A stretch of DNA of 64,000 bases from Actinomycetes bacterium (GTDB lineage: Bacteria > Actinomycetota > CALGFH01): contig JASLBL010000239.1 in the NCBI GenBank assembly GCA_030146615.1, positions 758 through 64,757 of the forward strand, in the 5' to 3' direction. Shown here in pieces: positions 26,601 through 35,106 of this stretch. Numbering within the stretch: the first letter of the stretch is position 1; every line of letters starts with the position of its first letter. The position numbers and the translations under genes are program-made. The notes beneath the pieces were generated by a model. It had not been told where the DNA came from and made no database searches. It worked only from the letters and a program-made list of their open reading frames with translations.

Positions 26601-27106
26601 CCGCCGCCGTTGCGGAGGCGGCCGGCGAGCACACGGCCGCCCAAGGGCTGGTCGAGGAGGTCCAGCGGGTGGTCGGCGATCGGGGCGGTGGCCGCTGGTA
26701 CCTGGGCCAGCACGTCGCCGAGCTGGTGCGCGTCTGTGTAGCGCTGGGCGAGCGCGCCACCGCAGAGGCCCTCACCGCGCAGGCGAACGACGGCGTCGTC
26801 CGCAATCGACATGTGCTCCTCACCGCACGTGCCGCCCTTGCCGAGGCCGAGGGGGTGCTGGACCAGGCCGCGCAAGGCTACGACGAGGCGGCGGCCCGCT
26901 GGGCAGACTACGGCCACCAGCTCGAGCGGGCACGGGCACTGCTCGGTGCCGGACGGTGCCTGCTCACCCTCGGCCGTCCGGAGGGCCGCCTCCGGCTGCA
27001 GGACGCCCACACCGCGTTGATGGCACTGAACGCCCAGCCGCTGCTGGCCGAGGCCGACGCGGCACTCAGCAACACCACCGCATTGCGCTACAACCGGCGG
27101 GGCTAG
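23657..27106 (+). CDS. STAND-type signalling protein: N-terminal zinc ribbon + class III adenylate/guanylate cyclase + NB-ARC/AAA ATPase + TPR
   Basis: CSSCGQDNPGGFRFCGACG; cyclase motifs VTVLFCDLVGFTS...GDAVMAVFG...GVNTGEA; Walker A GEPGVGKSRL; long helical TPR-like C-terminus; no HTH found. Confidence 0.85.
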   Translation: MRGCSSCGQDNPGGFRFCGACGSPLADVSRQSAGEERKVVTVLFCDLVGFTSRSDRADPEDVGAMLRPFHTRLRSEIERVGGTLDKLIGDAVMAVFGVPAVHEDDPERAVRCALRMLDAIAELNQAHPVLELAVRIGVNTGEALVALDRGADSEGVVGDVVNTAARLQGVAPVNGVVVGEATWRATRMLFAYEQLAPVQVKGKAEPVPIWRVLGARSRPGVDVAERLATPLIGRGDELATLQRCYRQAFIEHAVQLVTILGEPGVGKSRLVREFAGFVDAQPQLVAWRRGHCLSYGEAIGFWALGEVVKAQAGILESDDPREGTAKLDAAVRAVAGDASEREWLKARLAPLVGLATAAEAPAGRDESFMAWRRFLQLVATQGPLVLVIEDLHWADPALLDFLEQLLDQTHGAHLLVVVTARPELLDRRPGWGTGQPNATTMALAPLDDAQTAMLIATLLGQSILPAEVQSLLLERAGGNPLYAEEFVRLLTDRGLLKPDGHLARASDLPLPDTVQALIAARLDTLAPEHKTLLQDAAVFGKVFWLGALAAMASVSEEELRGGLAQLQRKELIRAARLSAVEDEVEYTFWHALIRDVVYAQIPRTGRSRRHRAAAEWIQALAGDRVADRAELIAYHFTQALVHARAAREPDLARLEESARHALVLAGDSTIGLDVAKAEAYYRKALELCPLGTPGRAQVLARAARAAFQAGRVAEAADAYEAVIAGFAAEGDVVGQGEALNRLSSVLWNQGEAGRARDALVGAVELLERARPGPELCSAYAQMAMDRVMSGHPQEALGWANKALDLAEELGGLPEERLRALDSRGVARGDLGDLGGMDDLRAALELGLEVGAGYDTAVVYNNLIELLWLSEGPIAALETCHQAIEFTERRGLAEGTAWIRSATLTPLLDLGRWDEAVDTADALIAWERDHGGQYMSEMAHQIKAEVLLWRGEVDDARVLVREFLPRARAIDDLQLLVPALAVAAAVAEAAGEHTAAQGLVEEVQRVVGDRGGGRWYLGQHVAELVRVCVALGERATAEALTAQANDGVVRNRHVLLTARAALAEAEGVLDQAAQGYDEAAARWADYGHQLERARALLGAGRCLLTLGRPEGRLRLQDAHTALMALNAQPLLAEADAALSNTTALRYNRRG

Positions 27107-27298
27107 AGGCGCGATCCAGTCAGCATCGGCTCCATGCCGATCCCTGCAAGCGAGTGCGGTAGACCGTGAAACGTTGACTGGGGCCACATCGGGCCAAAGG
27201 CCACTCAGCGGGCAGTCTTGTCACCGTGCCACAACGAGTCGAATGGCCGGCATGATGTTCCGTATCCAGGCGGGTCCGGCTCGGCCCCTCGCCGGCGC

Positions 27299-27712
27299 TC
27301 AGTCGGGCAGGCCGTCCAGGAAGGGGTCGACGGCGGCGTCGTTCTCGGCCATCCCCCAGACCTCGGTCGCCTTCCCGTCCCGGATGTGGAAGATCTGGGT
27401 GTACTTCCACTCGGCACTGGACCCGTCCCGGGCGGTGGCTTTCGCGCTCCCCAGCACGACCACGTGCTCGTCGTTGCCAAGGATGTCGTGGACCTCCACC
27501 GATGGCGGGCTGTCGGTTGCCTGGGCCTGGCGGCCGAAGTACTCCAGCACCTTGGCCTTGCCCTCATAGGCCCCGGCCCATTTGCTGTTGCCGCCGACAT
27601 GCCAGACCACATCGTCCGACAGGAGCTGGTCCATTCTGGCCATGTCGCCCCGCTCGAAGGCCGCGAAGCCTTCCCGGACGAGGGTGACGTTGGGATGGTC
27701 GTGGTGGGTCAT
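27299..27712 (-). CDS. SnoaL-like/NTF2-like domain protein
   Basis: 137 aa from MTHHDHPNVTLVREGFAAFERGD...; SD AAGGAG. The track ORF extends upstream in a Pro/Ser-rich junk frame. Confidence 0.7.
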   Translation of the reverse strand: MTHHDHPNVTLVREGFAAFERGDMARMDQLLSDDVVWHVGGNSKWAGAYEGKAKVLEYFGRQAQATDSPPSVEVHDILGNDEHVVVLGSAKATARDGSSAEWKYTQIFHIRDGKATEVWGMAENDAAVDPFLDGLPD

Positions 27713-27824
27713 GGCGACTCCTTCGGCAGGCGGCCCCTTGGCCTGGTCGGCGAGGAGTCTACCTTGATCGGACGGGTTCATGGACCTCCGCAGCAGCCTT
27801 GTGGCGGCCGGGCGATGGGCCGCG

Positions 27825-28304
27825 TCAGCGCCGGCGAGTGGAGCTCCAGATCCCGAGGGCGAGGACGCCCAGCCACACCATGGTGAGAACGCCGGCGAGG
27901 GCGAGTGGGTAGTTGCCGGGAAGCACCGAGGCGTTACCTGGCTGGGTGCGGCGACCGACGCCGACAAGGACCGGGACACTGGCGAGGACAAGCATGCCGG
28001 AGGTGGCCAGCCCGAGCTGGAGTGGCCAGCGCCACGACTCCGGCGCCCGGTCGCGAAGCCGGCGACCGGTCAGGTGGACCAGCGGCGCGAGCACGAAGTC
28101 ATGGACCAGCAGAAGCCCGATCAGCCACTTCAGCCAGACCAACGGCATGGTCTTGGCCGCGTCGGCGGCCAGTCCGGCCAGCCCGAAGAGGGCCACGGCG
28201 CCACCTACGGAGAGTCCGGTCCACCATCGCCAGCCGGTCAGCGGCTCGGGCTGATCGGCGGTGGCCTGACGGTTGCTCACTGGACGGTCACCGACTCGAG
28301 CCAT
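27825..28304 (-). CDS. membrane protein of unknown function
   Basis: 159 aa with 4 TM segments; overlaps the upstream oxidoreductase by 28 nt. Confidence 0.45.
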   Translation of the reverse strand: MARVGDRPVSNRQATADQPEPLTGWRWWTGLSVGGAVALFGLAGLAADAAKTMPLVWLKWLIGLLLVHDFVLAPLVHLTGRRLRDRAPESWRWPLQLGLATSGMLVLASVPVLVGVGRRTQPGNASVLPGNYPLALAGVLTMVWLGVLALGIWSSTRRR

Positions 28305-29398
28305 TTGGTTTGCATGACACCAGGGTTGTTGGGCGCGATCAGCCGCACCGGGAATCCATGGTCGGGGTGGAGTGGGGCGCCGTTGAGCTCCAGCGCCAGC
28401 AGGGTGTCGGGGTCGCGGGCGTGGGCCGGGTTCAGCAGGGCGCTGGAGTAGCCGCCGCGCTGGAGGGATTCGACCCGGACAGCCGCGTAAGGCGGGGCGC
28501 CGACCTCGTCGAGCAGGTCACGCAGCCGCACCCCGCGCCAGTGGGCCTCCTGGCTCCAGCCCTCGACGCAGGCGATTGGCAGCCGGGCGGCGTGCCCCAT
28601 GGGTCCGGCCATGCGGGCCTGGAGGTCGTCGAGGGTCAGAGCGACTTGGCGGGCGACCCGGCCGCCGACGGCCAGCCGCCAGCCCGGATCGTCCAGCTTG
28701 TCGGCGACCCCGGCCGAGCGGGCGTCCTTGTTGACCGGCAGGCCTTGGGGGCCGGCGCCCTGGCGTCTCGGCGACAGGACGGCCAGTCGCCGAAGCGGGG
28801 TGAACGCCGACCCGGCGGTGGTCAGGAGTAGCACGCCGGCCGCGACCCCGGTGGTGAGCAGAAACCGGCGCCGTTCCAGATCATCGGCCATGTCGGCCGC
28901 AGCGTGCTGCCTGGCGAGGGCGCGGCGGAGGACTGGAAGTTTGGCCGAGAGGTGGACGATCAGCGCCCCGGTGACGATCCAGGCCGTCCAGTAGTGGGTC
29001 CGGATGAAGTCGAAGCCCCAGCCGTACCAGTAGCCGATGTTCATCAGCCCGGTGACCAGGAGCAGCAGCGCTCCGCCGACCAGCGGGACGATCCCCGCCC
29101 GCTCGATGGCGTGGACGACGCCGCGGACCGGCGGCCAGCGCCAGAGGTGTGGGTAGACCGACCAGAGCTTGGCCAACAGCACCGGGATGGCCGCGATGCC
29201 GGAGAACACGTGCAGGCCCTGGGTCCACCGGTACAGCCAGACGGGCCGGCTCGACCAGGCGAACCAGCCTGGCGGCTGCTGGATCAGGTGCGACAGCAGT
29301 CCCGTCAGCAGGCAGACGCCGAACAGCAGGCCGAGCGCGACACCGAGCACGACGGTGGCCCGTTCGTTCCTGGCCGGAGAGGTGAAGGTCGGGCCCAT
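28277..29398 (-). CDS. molybdopterin-dependent oxidoreductase (sulfite-oxidase fold) fused to an N-terminal multi-TM domain
   Basis: C-terminal GFPVRLIAPNNPGVMQTKWLESV and Moco-domain pattern; N-terminal ~200 aa hydrophobic. Confidence 0.7.
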   Translation of the reverse strand: MGPTFTSPARNERATVVLGVALGLLFGVCLLTGLLSHLIQQPPGWFAWSSRPVWLYRWTQGLHVFSGIAAIPVLLAKLWSVYPHLWRWPPVRGVVHAIERAGIVPLVGGALLLLVTGLMNIGYWYGWGFDFIRTHYWTAWIVTGALIVHLSAKLPVLRRALARQHAAADMADDLERRRFLLTTGVAAGVLLLTTAGSAFTPLRRLAVLSPRRQGAGPQGLPVNKDARSAGVADKLDDPGWRLAVGGRVARQVALTLDDLQARMAGPMGHAARLPIACVEGWSQEAHWRGVRLRDLLDEVGAPPYAAVRVESLQRGGYSSALLNPAHARDPDTLLALELNGAPLHPDHGFPVRLIAPNNPGVMQTKWLESVTVQ

Positions 29399-29461
29399 GG
29401 GGCCAGCCTAGGAGGGTCGGTGGCGGCTGGGAGCCGGCGTTCCCAGCCTGTAAGGAGTCGA

Positions 29462-30721
29462 TCAGCGACCCGAAAGGCCCCGCTGCCCGTTGACGGTCGG
29501 CGCGCCCGTGGCCGACGGCAGACGGACGGTGAACTCGCAGCCGCCGGGGACGTTGGCCACGCCGATGGTGCCGCCGTGGGCGTCGACCAGGCCGCGGGCG
29601 ATGGCAAGGCCGAGACCGGCGCCGTTGGTCGTGCGGGCTGGGTCGCCCCGCCACAGTTGGTCGAAGACGCGGGGCAGGTCGGCCTCGGAGATGCCGCCGC
29701 AGCTGTCGGTGACCTGAAGGATGGCGGTGCCATCGCCGTCGGCGACGGCCACGCGCAGGACACCGCCTCGAGGGGTGTGCCGGATCCCATTCACGACCAG
29801 GTTGGCCAGCACCCGCCCCAGCTGGTCCCGGCCGGCCAGCACCGGCCGGTCGCCGTCCAGCTTGCACTCCAGCCGCACCCCGGCAGCGGCCGCCTCCGGC
29901 TCGAACCGGTCCACCACCTCGCTGGCCAGCTCGGGCAGCGAGGTGGGCTCCAGCTGCAGGCTGACCGCCCCGGCCTGGATGGCCGACAGCTCGAACAGGT
30001 CGTCGACCAGGGCGCTGAGCCGCTCCACGTTGGCCGTCAGGCCGGCCAGGTAGCGGCGCCGGGTGGCCTCGTCGGGGGCCAGGTCGTCGGCCAGCGCCTC
30101 GGCCAGCGCGCGCAGGCTGGCCAGCGGGGTACGCAGGTCGTGGGAGGCCCAGGCGATCAGGTCGCGCCGCCCCTGCTCCATGCACCGCTCGCGCTCGCGT
30201 GCCTCGGCCAGCCGGGCCGCGGCCGCGTTCAGGGTCTCGGCGATGAGCGCGACCTCGGCGGTGCCCTGCACCCGGGCCCGGGCGGCCAGGTCGCCGGCCT
30301 CCAGCCGCCGGGCCGTCCCGGCCAGCGCCTCCAGGTCGGCAGCGACCTGTCTGGCCGTGGCCACCCCATAGGCCACCCCGGCCCCGGCCGCCACCGGCAG
30401 CGAGGCCAGCACCACGGCCAGATCATGGCTGGAGACCAGCATCTGGGCGCTGACCGCCCACAGGCCGGCCAGGGCGACGGCCGCCGTCACCGCCGCGGTG
30501 AGCGCGCCTTGCCTGGCCACCTTGGCCCGGCGCCGCCGCAGCCGCCCCTGGAGCCCGAGGCCGGCCGCCACCACCACCATCGCGGCCAGGGTGATCACGG
30601 CGAGCAGCGTACCGGTCTCGCCCGCTGGGATCCCGACAAGGCTGGCCACCAGGGCGCTGCCGGCCAAGCCGGCCAGGAACCAGCCCAATGGCGGCAGGCC
30701 GGCCCAGCTGCGTACGCTCAC
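29462..30721 (-). CDS. two-component sensor histidine kinase
   Basis: HAMP-like region, H-box AWASHDLRTPL, ATPase motifs NLVVNGIRHT, GLGLAIARGLV. GTG start overlaps the RR stop (GTGA). Confidence 0.8.
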   Translation of the reverse strand: MSVRSWAGLPPLGWFLAGLAGSALVASLVGIPAGETGTLLAVITLAAMVVVAAGLGLQGRLRRRRAKVARQGALTAAVTAAVALAGLWAVSAQMLVSSHDLAVVLASLPVAAGAGVAYGVATARQVAADLEALAGTARRLEAGDLAARARVQGTAEVALIAETLNAAAARLAEARERERCMEQGRRDLIAWASHDLRTPLASLRALAEALADDLAPDEATRRRYLAGLTANVERLSALVDDLFELSAIQAGAVSLQLEPTSLPELASEVVDRFEPEAAAAGVRLECKLDGDRPVLAGRDQLGRVLANLVVNGIRHTPRGGVLRVAVADGDGTAILQVTDSCGGISEADLPRVFDQLWRGDPARTTNGAGLGLAIARGLVDAHGGTIGVANVPGGCEFTVRLPSATGAPTVNGQRGLSGR

Positions 30722-31443
30722 GGCTCCACCGGGACGAACCGGTAGCCGACGCCGTAGACGGTCTGGAGCCGCCTCGGGTTGGAGGGGTCGTCCTCGACCT
30801 TGGACCGCAGGCGCCGCATGTGTACGGTGACCGTGGAGGTATCGCCGAGCCAGGTGTACTCCCAGACCTGGCGCAGCAGCTGCCCGCGGCTGAACACCTG
30901 GCGTGGGTGGGCGACCAGAAAGGCCAGCAGGTCGAACTCGCGCACGGTGAGCGACACCGGTCGATCGGCCACCGTGACCTCGCGGGTGGCCGGGTCGACG
31001 GTTACGTCCCCGGTGCGCAGCGGCGGGCTGCGCTGGCCGTCGCCGGCCAGGCTCCGGCGCAGGACGCTTCGGACGCGGGCGACGAGCTCGCGGGGACTGA
31101 ATGGCTTGATCACGTAGTCGTCGGCACCCAGCTCCAGGCCGACGATCCGGTCGGACTCGTGGCCCTTGGCGGTCAGCATGATGATCGGGGTCGAGTGCTT
31201 GGCGCGGACCTGGCGGCACACCTCGAGGCCGTCCACACCCGGCAGCATCAGATCAAGGACGATCAGGTCCGGGACGTCGGCGCCGAAGGCCGCCAGCGCG
31301 GCCGGGCCGTCCTCGGCCGCCCGGACGTGGTAGCCCTCACGTTCCAGGTAGTGCTGCACGACCTCGCGGACGGTCGGTTCGTCGTCGACGACCAGGATCC
31401 GTTCCCCGGCCACGCTCCCTCCTTCCGGCCTCGACGGTGGCAC
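30718..31443 (-). CDS. OmpR-family response regulator
   Basis: RILVVDDEP...LDLMLPGVDG receiver domain + winged-helix YRFVP C-terminus; exact start uncertain. Confidence 0.85.
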   Translation of the reverse strand: MPPSRPEGGSVAGERILVVDDEPTVREVVQHYLEREGYHVRAAEDGPAALAAFGADVPDLIVLDLMLPGVDGLEVCRQVRAKHSTPIIMLTAKGHESDRIVGLELGADDYVIKPFSPRELVARVRSVLRRSLAGDGQRSPPLRTGDVTVDPATREVTVADRPVSLTVREFDLLAFLVAHPRQVFSRGQLLRQVWEYTWLGDTSTVTVHMRRLRSKVEDDPSNPRRLQTVYGVGYRFVPVEP

Positions 31444-31542
31444 ATCCCGGATGGTCCCGCCAGGTCTGTCCCGAACCCGTCACCAGTTCGTAAGCCCGCT
31501 TCCGTTGCTCTATCGGCCGCGCGCTGGGCACCCTGGCCGATC

Positions 31543-31959
31543 ATGCGTGTCCTGGTCACCGGCGGGGCCGGCTTCGTCGGCAGCCACGTCGTCGACCTCC
31601 TGGTCGATGTCGGCTACGAGGTCCGCTCCCTCGACCGCCTCCATTCACGGGCCCACGCCGGCCGGTCGCCCAGGGTGTTCGAGGACGGCGGCCAGCAGCG
31701 CGACTTCATCCACGTGGCCGACGTGGCCAGCGGCCAGCCCCACACCGTCGGCGAGCTGGGGGCCGCGCTCGCCGCCGGCATGGGCGGTCCCGCCCCCAAG
31801 GTCGTGGGCGGCTGGCGTGCTGGCGACGTCCGCCACGTGTTCGCCTCCCCGGCTCTGGCCGCCGACCGCCTCGGCTTCCGGGCCCGGGTCGGCTTTGCCG
31901 AGGGCATGACCGAATTTGCTGGAGCGGAGCTGCGCGACCCGGTCCTGGCGGGCCCATAG
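31543..31959 (+). pseudogene. NAD-dependent epimerase/dehydratase remnant with the central catalytic region deleted
   Basis: MRVLVTGGAGFVGSHVVDLL (Rossmann GxxGxxG) runs after ~30 aa directly into the C-terminal-type segment DGGQQRDFIHVADVA...RAGDVRHVFA...LGF. Only 138 aa; the YxxxK region is absent. Confidence 0.5.
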
Positions 31960-31975
31960 GGCACCGACCCGGCTG

Positions 31976-32689
31976 TCAGCGGTGTTCGGGGTTTTCGAAG
32001 TCGAAGCGGCAGCCGGCGTCCCACTCCGAGCGCTGGTTGCCATATGCCGGGATCCCGCCGGCCCGCTTCAGCATCGCCCCAAGGTGCATCAGGTTCCAGG
32101 TCGCGAAGGTGGTGTTGCGGTTGGTGAAGTCGTTCTCGGGGCCGCCCGAGCCGGGATCCAGGTACGAGGGGCCCGGGCCGGCCTCGCCGATCCAGCCGGC
32201 GTCGGCCTGGGGCGGGATGGTGTAGCCGAGGTGCTGGAGGCTGTAGAGCAGGTTCATGGCGCAGTGCTTGACCCCGTCCTCGTTGCCGGTGAGCAGGCAG
32301 CCGGCGACCCGGCCGTAGTAGGCGTACTGACCGGTCTCGTTCAGCAGGCTGGAGCAGGCGTACAGCCGCTCGATGACCCGCTTGGTGACCGAGCTGTTGT
32401 CGCCCAGCCAGATCGGCCCGCACAGCACCAGGATGTCGGCCGCCAGGACCCGCTGGTAGATGGCCGGCCAGGCGTCAGTTGGCCAGCCGTGGCTGGTCAT
32501 GTCCGGCCACACCCCGGTGGCGATGTCGTGGTCGACGGCCCGCAGCTCGTCGACGGCCACCCCGTGCCGCTCCATGATCGACCGGCTCAGCTCGATCAGC
32601 CCCTGGGTGTGGCTGGGTTCGGGGGACCGCTTGAGGGTGCAGTTGATGTACAACGCGCGCAGACCATCGAACCGCCACTCGTCGGTCAT
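31976..32689 (-). CDS. NADPH-dependent FMN reductase / flavodoxin-like-fold oxidoreductase
   Basis: LRALYINCTLKRSPEPSHTQGLIE...ADILVLCGPIWLGD pattern of the FMN_red family. Confidence 0.7.
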   Translation of the reverse strand: MTDEWRFDGLRALYINCTLKRSPEPSHTQGLIELSRSIMERHGVAVDELRAVDHDIATGVWPDMTSHGWPTDAWPAIYQRVLAADILVLCGPIWLGDNSSVTKRVIERLYACSSLLNETGQYAYYGRVAGCLLTGNEDGVKHCAMNLLYSLQHLGYTIPPQADAGWIGEAGPGPSYLDPGSGGPENDFTNRNTTFATWNLMHLGAMLKRAGGIPAYGNQRSEWDAGCRFDFENPEHR

Positions 32690-32715
32690 CGGGCCTCCTC
32701 GGGCCTGTGCTGGGG

Positions 32716-33540
32716 TCACCAGCGGGTATGGAACAACACCTGGACCAGCAACGTCTGCGCGACCAGCAACCCGATCACTGCCGGGGCCCGGACCCGCCAG
32801 GCCAGGAGCTGACGGACCACCGTGACCGTCCTACCGGCCAGCGCGGCCAGCAGCGGCACGCCGAGCATGCCCCTGAAGGCGAGCAGGTCGCCGGGCAGCC
32901 AGACCGCCAGCGACCGGCCGGCCGACCCAGGGGCCGCTTGGTAGGCGCCGTGGACGGCCGCCACCGCGGCCGGTACGTCATAGCCGGTGGCCAGCCACAG
33001 GCCGCCGGCCAGGGCAACCACGACCGCGCTGGTCCCGGCCGCCCAGCACACGACCCAGACGCGCTCACGCCGCAGGAGCCCGAAGGCGCGAACGCCCAGG
33101 AACACCAGCAACAGCACGGCCGCGTAGGTGAGCATCGACGAGGCCCACAGCAGGACCCCACCGGCCACCGTCCATGAAGCCGAGCGCTGCACCAGCCCCC
33201 GGTGGGCGGCCAGGGTGGCCGCCACCACCGGAGGAGTGGCCGCCGTCCAGCCGAGCTCGAGCTGCGGGCCAGGGAACACATAGAACGGGAAGCTGCGGTA
33301 CCAGGGCATGCTGGGGACCTCGAACCCGACCCGGCCCCAGCCGCGCAGCCACAGTGTCCCCAGCGTCCCGGCCAGCACCACCACGACCGCGGCCACCAGC
33401 GTCGCCGTGGCGAACGCCCGGTCCGGCGGATTGCCAGCCCCCTCCCGGGTCGCGAGCCGCCGGCCGGTCCGGCCCCCGAGGCCCGGCCGGCGCCGCGCGC
33501 CCGGCCCCCCCGAACCCTCCGGTCTTCCCAGCACCCGCAT
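32716..33540 (-). CDS. polytopic membrane protein of unknown function
   Basis: 274 aa, many TM helices; ATGA overlap with the downstream FMN reductase. The N-terminal extent is doubtful. Confidence 0.45.
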   Translation of the reverse strand: MRVLGRPEGSGGPGARRRPGLGGRTGRRLATREGAGNPPDRAFATATLVAAVVVVLAGTLGTLWLRGWGRVGFEVPSMPWYRSFPFYVFPGPQLELGWTAATPPVVAATLAAHRGLVQRSASWTVAGGVLLWASSMLTYAAVLLLVFLGVRAFGLLRRERVWVVCWAAGTSAVVVALAGGLWLATGYDVPAAVAAVHGAYQAAPGSAGRSLAVWLPGDLLAFRGMLGVPLLAALAGRTVTVVRQLLAWRVRAPAVIGLLVAQTLLVQVLFHTRW

Positions 33541-33653
33541 AGCCCGAGGCTAGCCGGGACCGGTGTGGCCAAGACTGGTCCCGCGGCATCCGTCACCACT
33601 CTGTAAGCCCCAGCGCGCGAGGCTCGTCAGGGTCGGTCCCGACACTGGGCGGC

Positions 33654-34411
33654 ATGGACCTGTCCGGCGTCACCGTCGTGCTCCCAGCCCTCGACGAAGC
33701 CGCGGCCCTGCCGGCCGCCTCGCCTCCTTCCCGCCCGGCATCGACCTGCTCGTGGTCGACAACAGCTCCAGCGACGACACGGCGGCGGTGGCCCCGGCCG
33801 CCGGGGCGAGAGTCGTCACCGAGCCCCGGCGAGGCTTCGGCGCCGCCTGCTGGGCCGGGGTGCAGGCATCCCCACGGGCCGAGGTGCTCGCCTTCGCCGA
33901 CGCCGACGGCTCCTTCGACGGCGCCGACCTGGAAGGAGTGGCCGGGCCGGTGCTGCGTGGCCAGGCCGACCTGGTGGTCGGGTCGCGGACGACCGGACGT
34001 CGCGAGCCCGGGGCCATGACGGCCTTCGCGGTGGCGGCCAACCGGGCGCTCGGGCTGGCTTGCCGGCTGCTGTTCGGCGTCCCGCTCTCCGACCTCGGAC
34101 CGTTCCGGGCCGTCCGCCGTGACACCCTGCTCGGCCTGGGCGTCCGCGACCGCGGCCAGGGGTGGCCGCTGGAGATGGTCGGCCGGGCCGGCCGAGTCGG
34201 CCTGCGGGTGGTCGAGGTCCCGGTCGGCTACCGACCCCGTGCCGGCGGCGCCAGCAAGGTGTCGGGTTCGCTCCAGGGCAGCATGCGCGCCGCCGCGGCC
34301 ATGGCCGCCGTCACCTGCCGACTCCTCGTCGAACGGTCCCGGGTTCGCACTGGACCGGGTAGCGCCAGGAGACCGCCAACCTCGACCCGGTTCCGGAGCG
34401 CGGGCCGGTGA
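33654..34411 (+). CDS. family-2 glycosyltransferase (TIGR04283-like), apparently frameshifted near 33715-33725
   Basis: MDLSGVTVVLPALDEAAALPA in one frame continues as LASFPPGIDLLVVDNSSSDDTAAVA...AFADADGS...LVVGSRT in the -1 frame. Together these form a canonical GT2 N-terminus. Confidence 0.7.
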
Positions 34412-35106
34412 CCCCCTCCAGGCTCGCACGTCCGCGGGGCCGCACCGCGCTGGCTGTCATCGCCAAGGAACCGGTGGCCGGGCTGGCCAAGACCCGCCTG
34501 GTGCCGGCCCTTGGCGAGGAGGGGGCGGCCAGGGCGGCGGCGGCCATGCTGGCCGACACCCTGGCGACGGTCCGCTCGGTCGGCGCGGACCCGTGGCTGT
34601 GCTTCACACCCGCTGGGGCCAGAGAGCGGCTCCGCCGGCTGGCCCCCGGGTTCAGACTGCTGGCCCAGGCCCCTGGCGACCTCGGCGACCGCCTGGCCGC
34701 CTGCCTGGCCGACCTGCTGGCAGCGGGCGCCGACCGGGTTGCGATCGTCGGCGCCGACACCCCCCATGTCCCAATCGCCAGCTACCGGCGAGCGTTCGCC
34801 CTGCTCGAGCAGAACGACGTCGTCCTCGGGCCGGCCATCGACGGCGGCTACTACCTGGTCGCGGCCAAGACGGCCCGACCCGAGCTGTTCGTCGGGATCC
34901 CCATGGGCACCGACATGGTCCTCTCCGAGACTCTGGCCAGGGCCACCCGCGACGGGCTCGTGGTGGCCCTGCTGCCGCCGCTGCGCGACCTGGACCGAGT
35001 CGAGGACCTGGCCGCCGCCCTGGCCGCCGGTGAGCTGGCCGGCGCCCCGGCGACCCTCGCGGCCGCGGCCGAGCTCCTGGCCGAGCGCGGGGTGGTGATG
35101 GCGTGA
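34408..35106 (+). CDS. DUF2064 / TIGR04282-family protein (nucleotidyltransferase-like fold)
   Basis: LAVIAKEPVAGLAKTRLVPALGEE...VAIVGADTPHV...IDGGYYLVA; ATGA overlap with the GT2 gene. Confidence 0.8.
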   Translation: MTPSRLARPRGRTALAVIAKEPVAGLAKTRLVPALGEEGAARAAAAMLADTLATVRSVGADPWLCFTPAGARERLRRLAPGFRLLAQAPGDLGDRLAACLADLLAAGADRVAIVGADTPHVPIASYRRAFALLEQNDVVLGPAIDGGYYLVAAKTARPELFVGIPMGTDMVLSETLARATRDGLVVALLPPLRDLDRVEDLAAALAAGELAGAPATLAAAAELLAERGVVMA

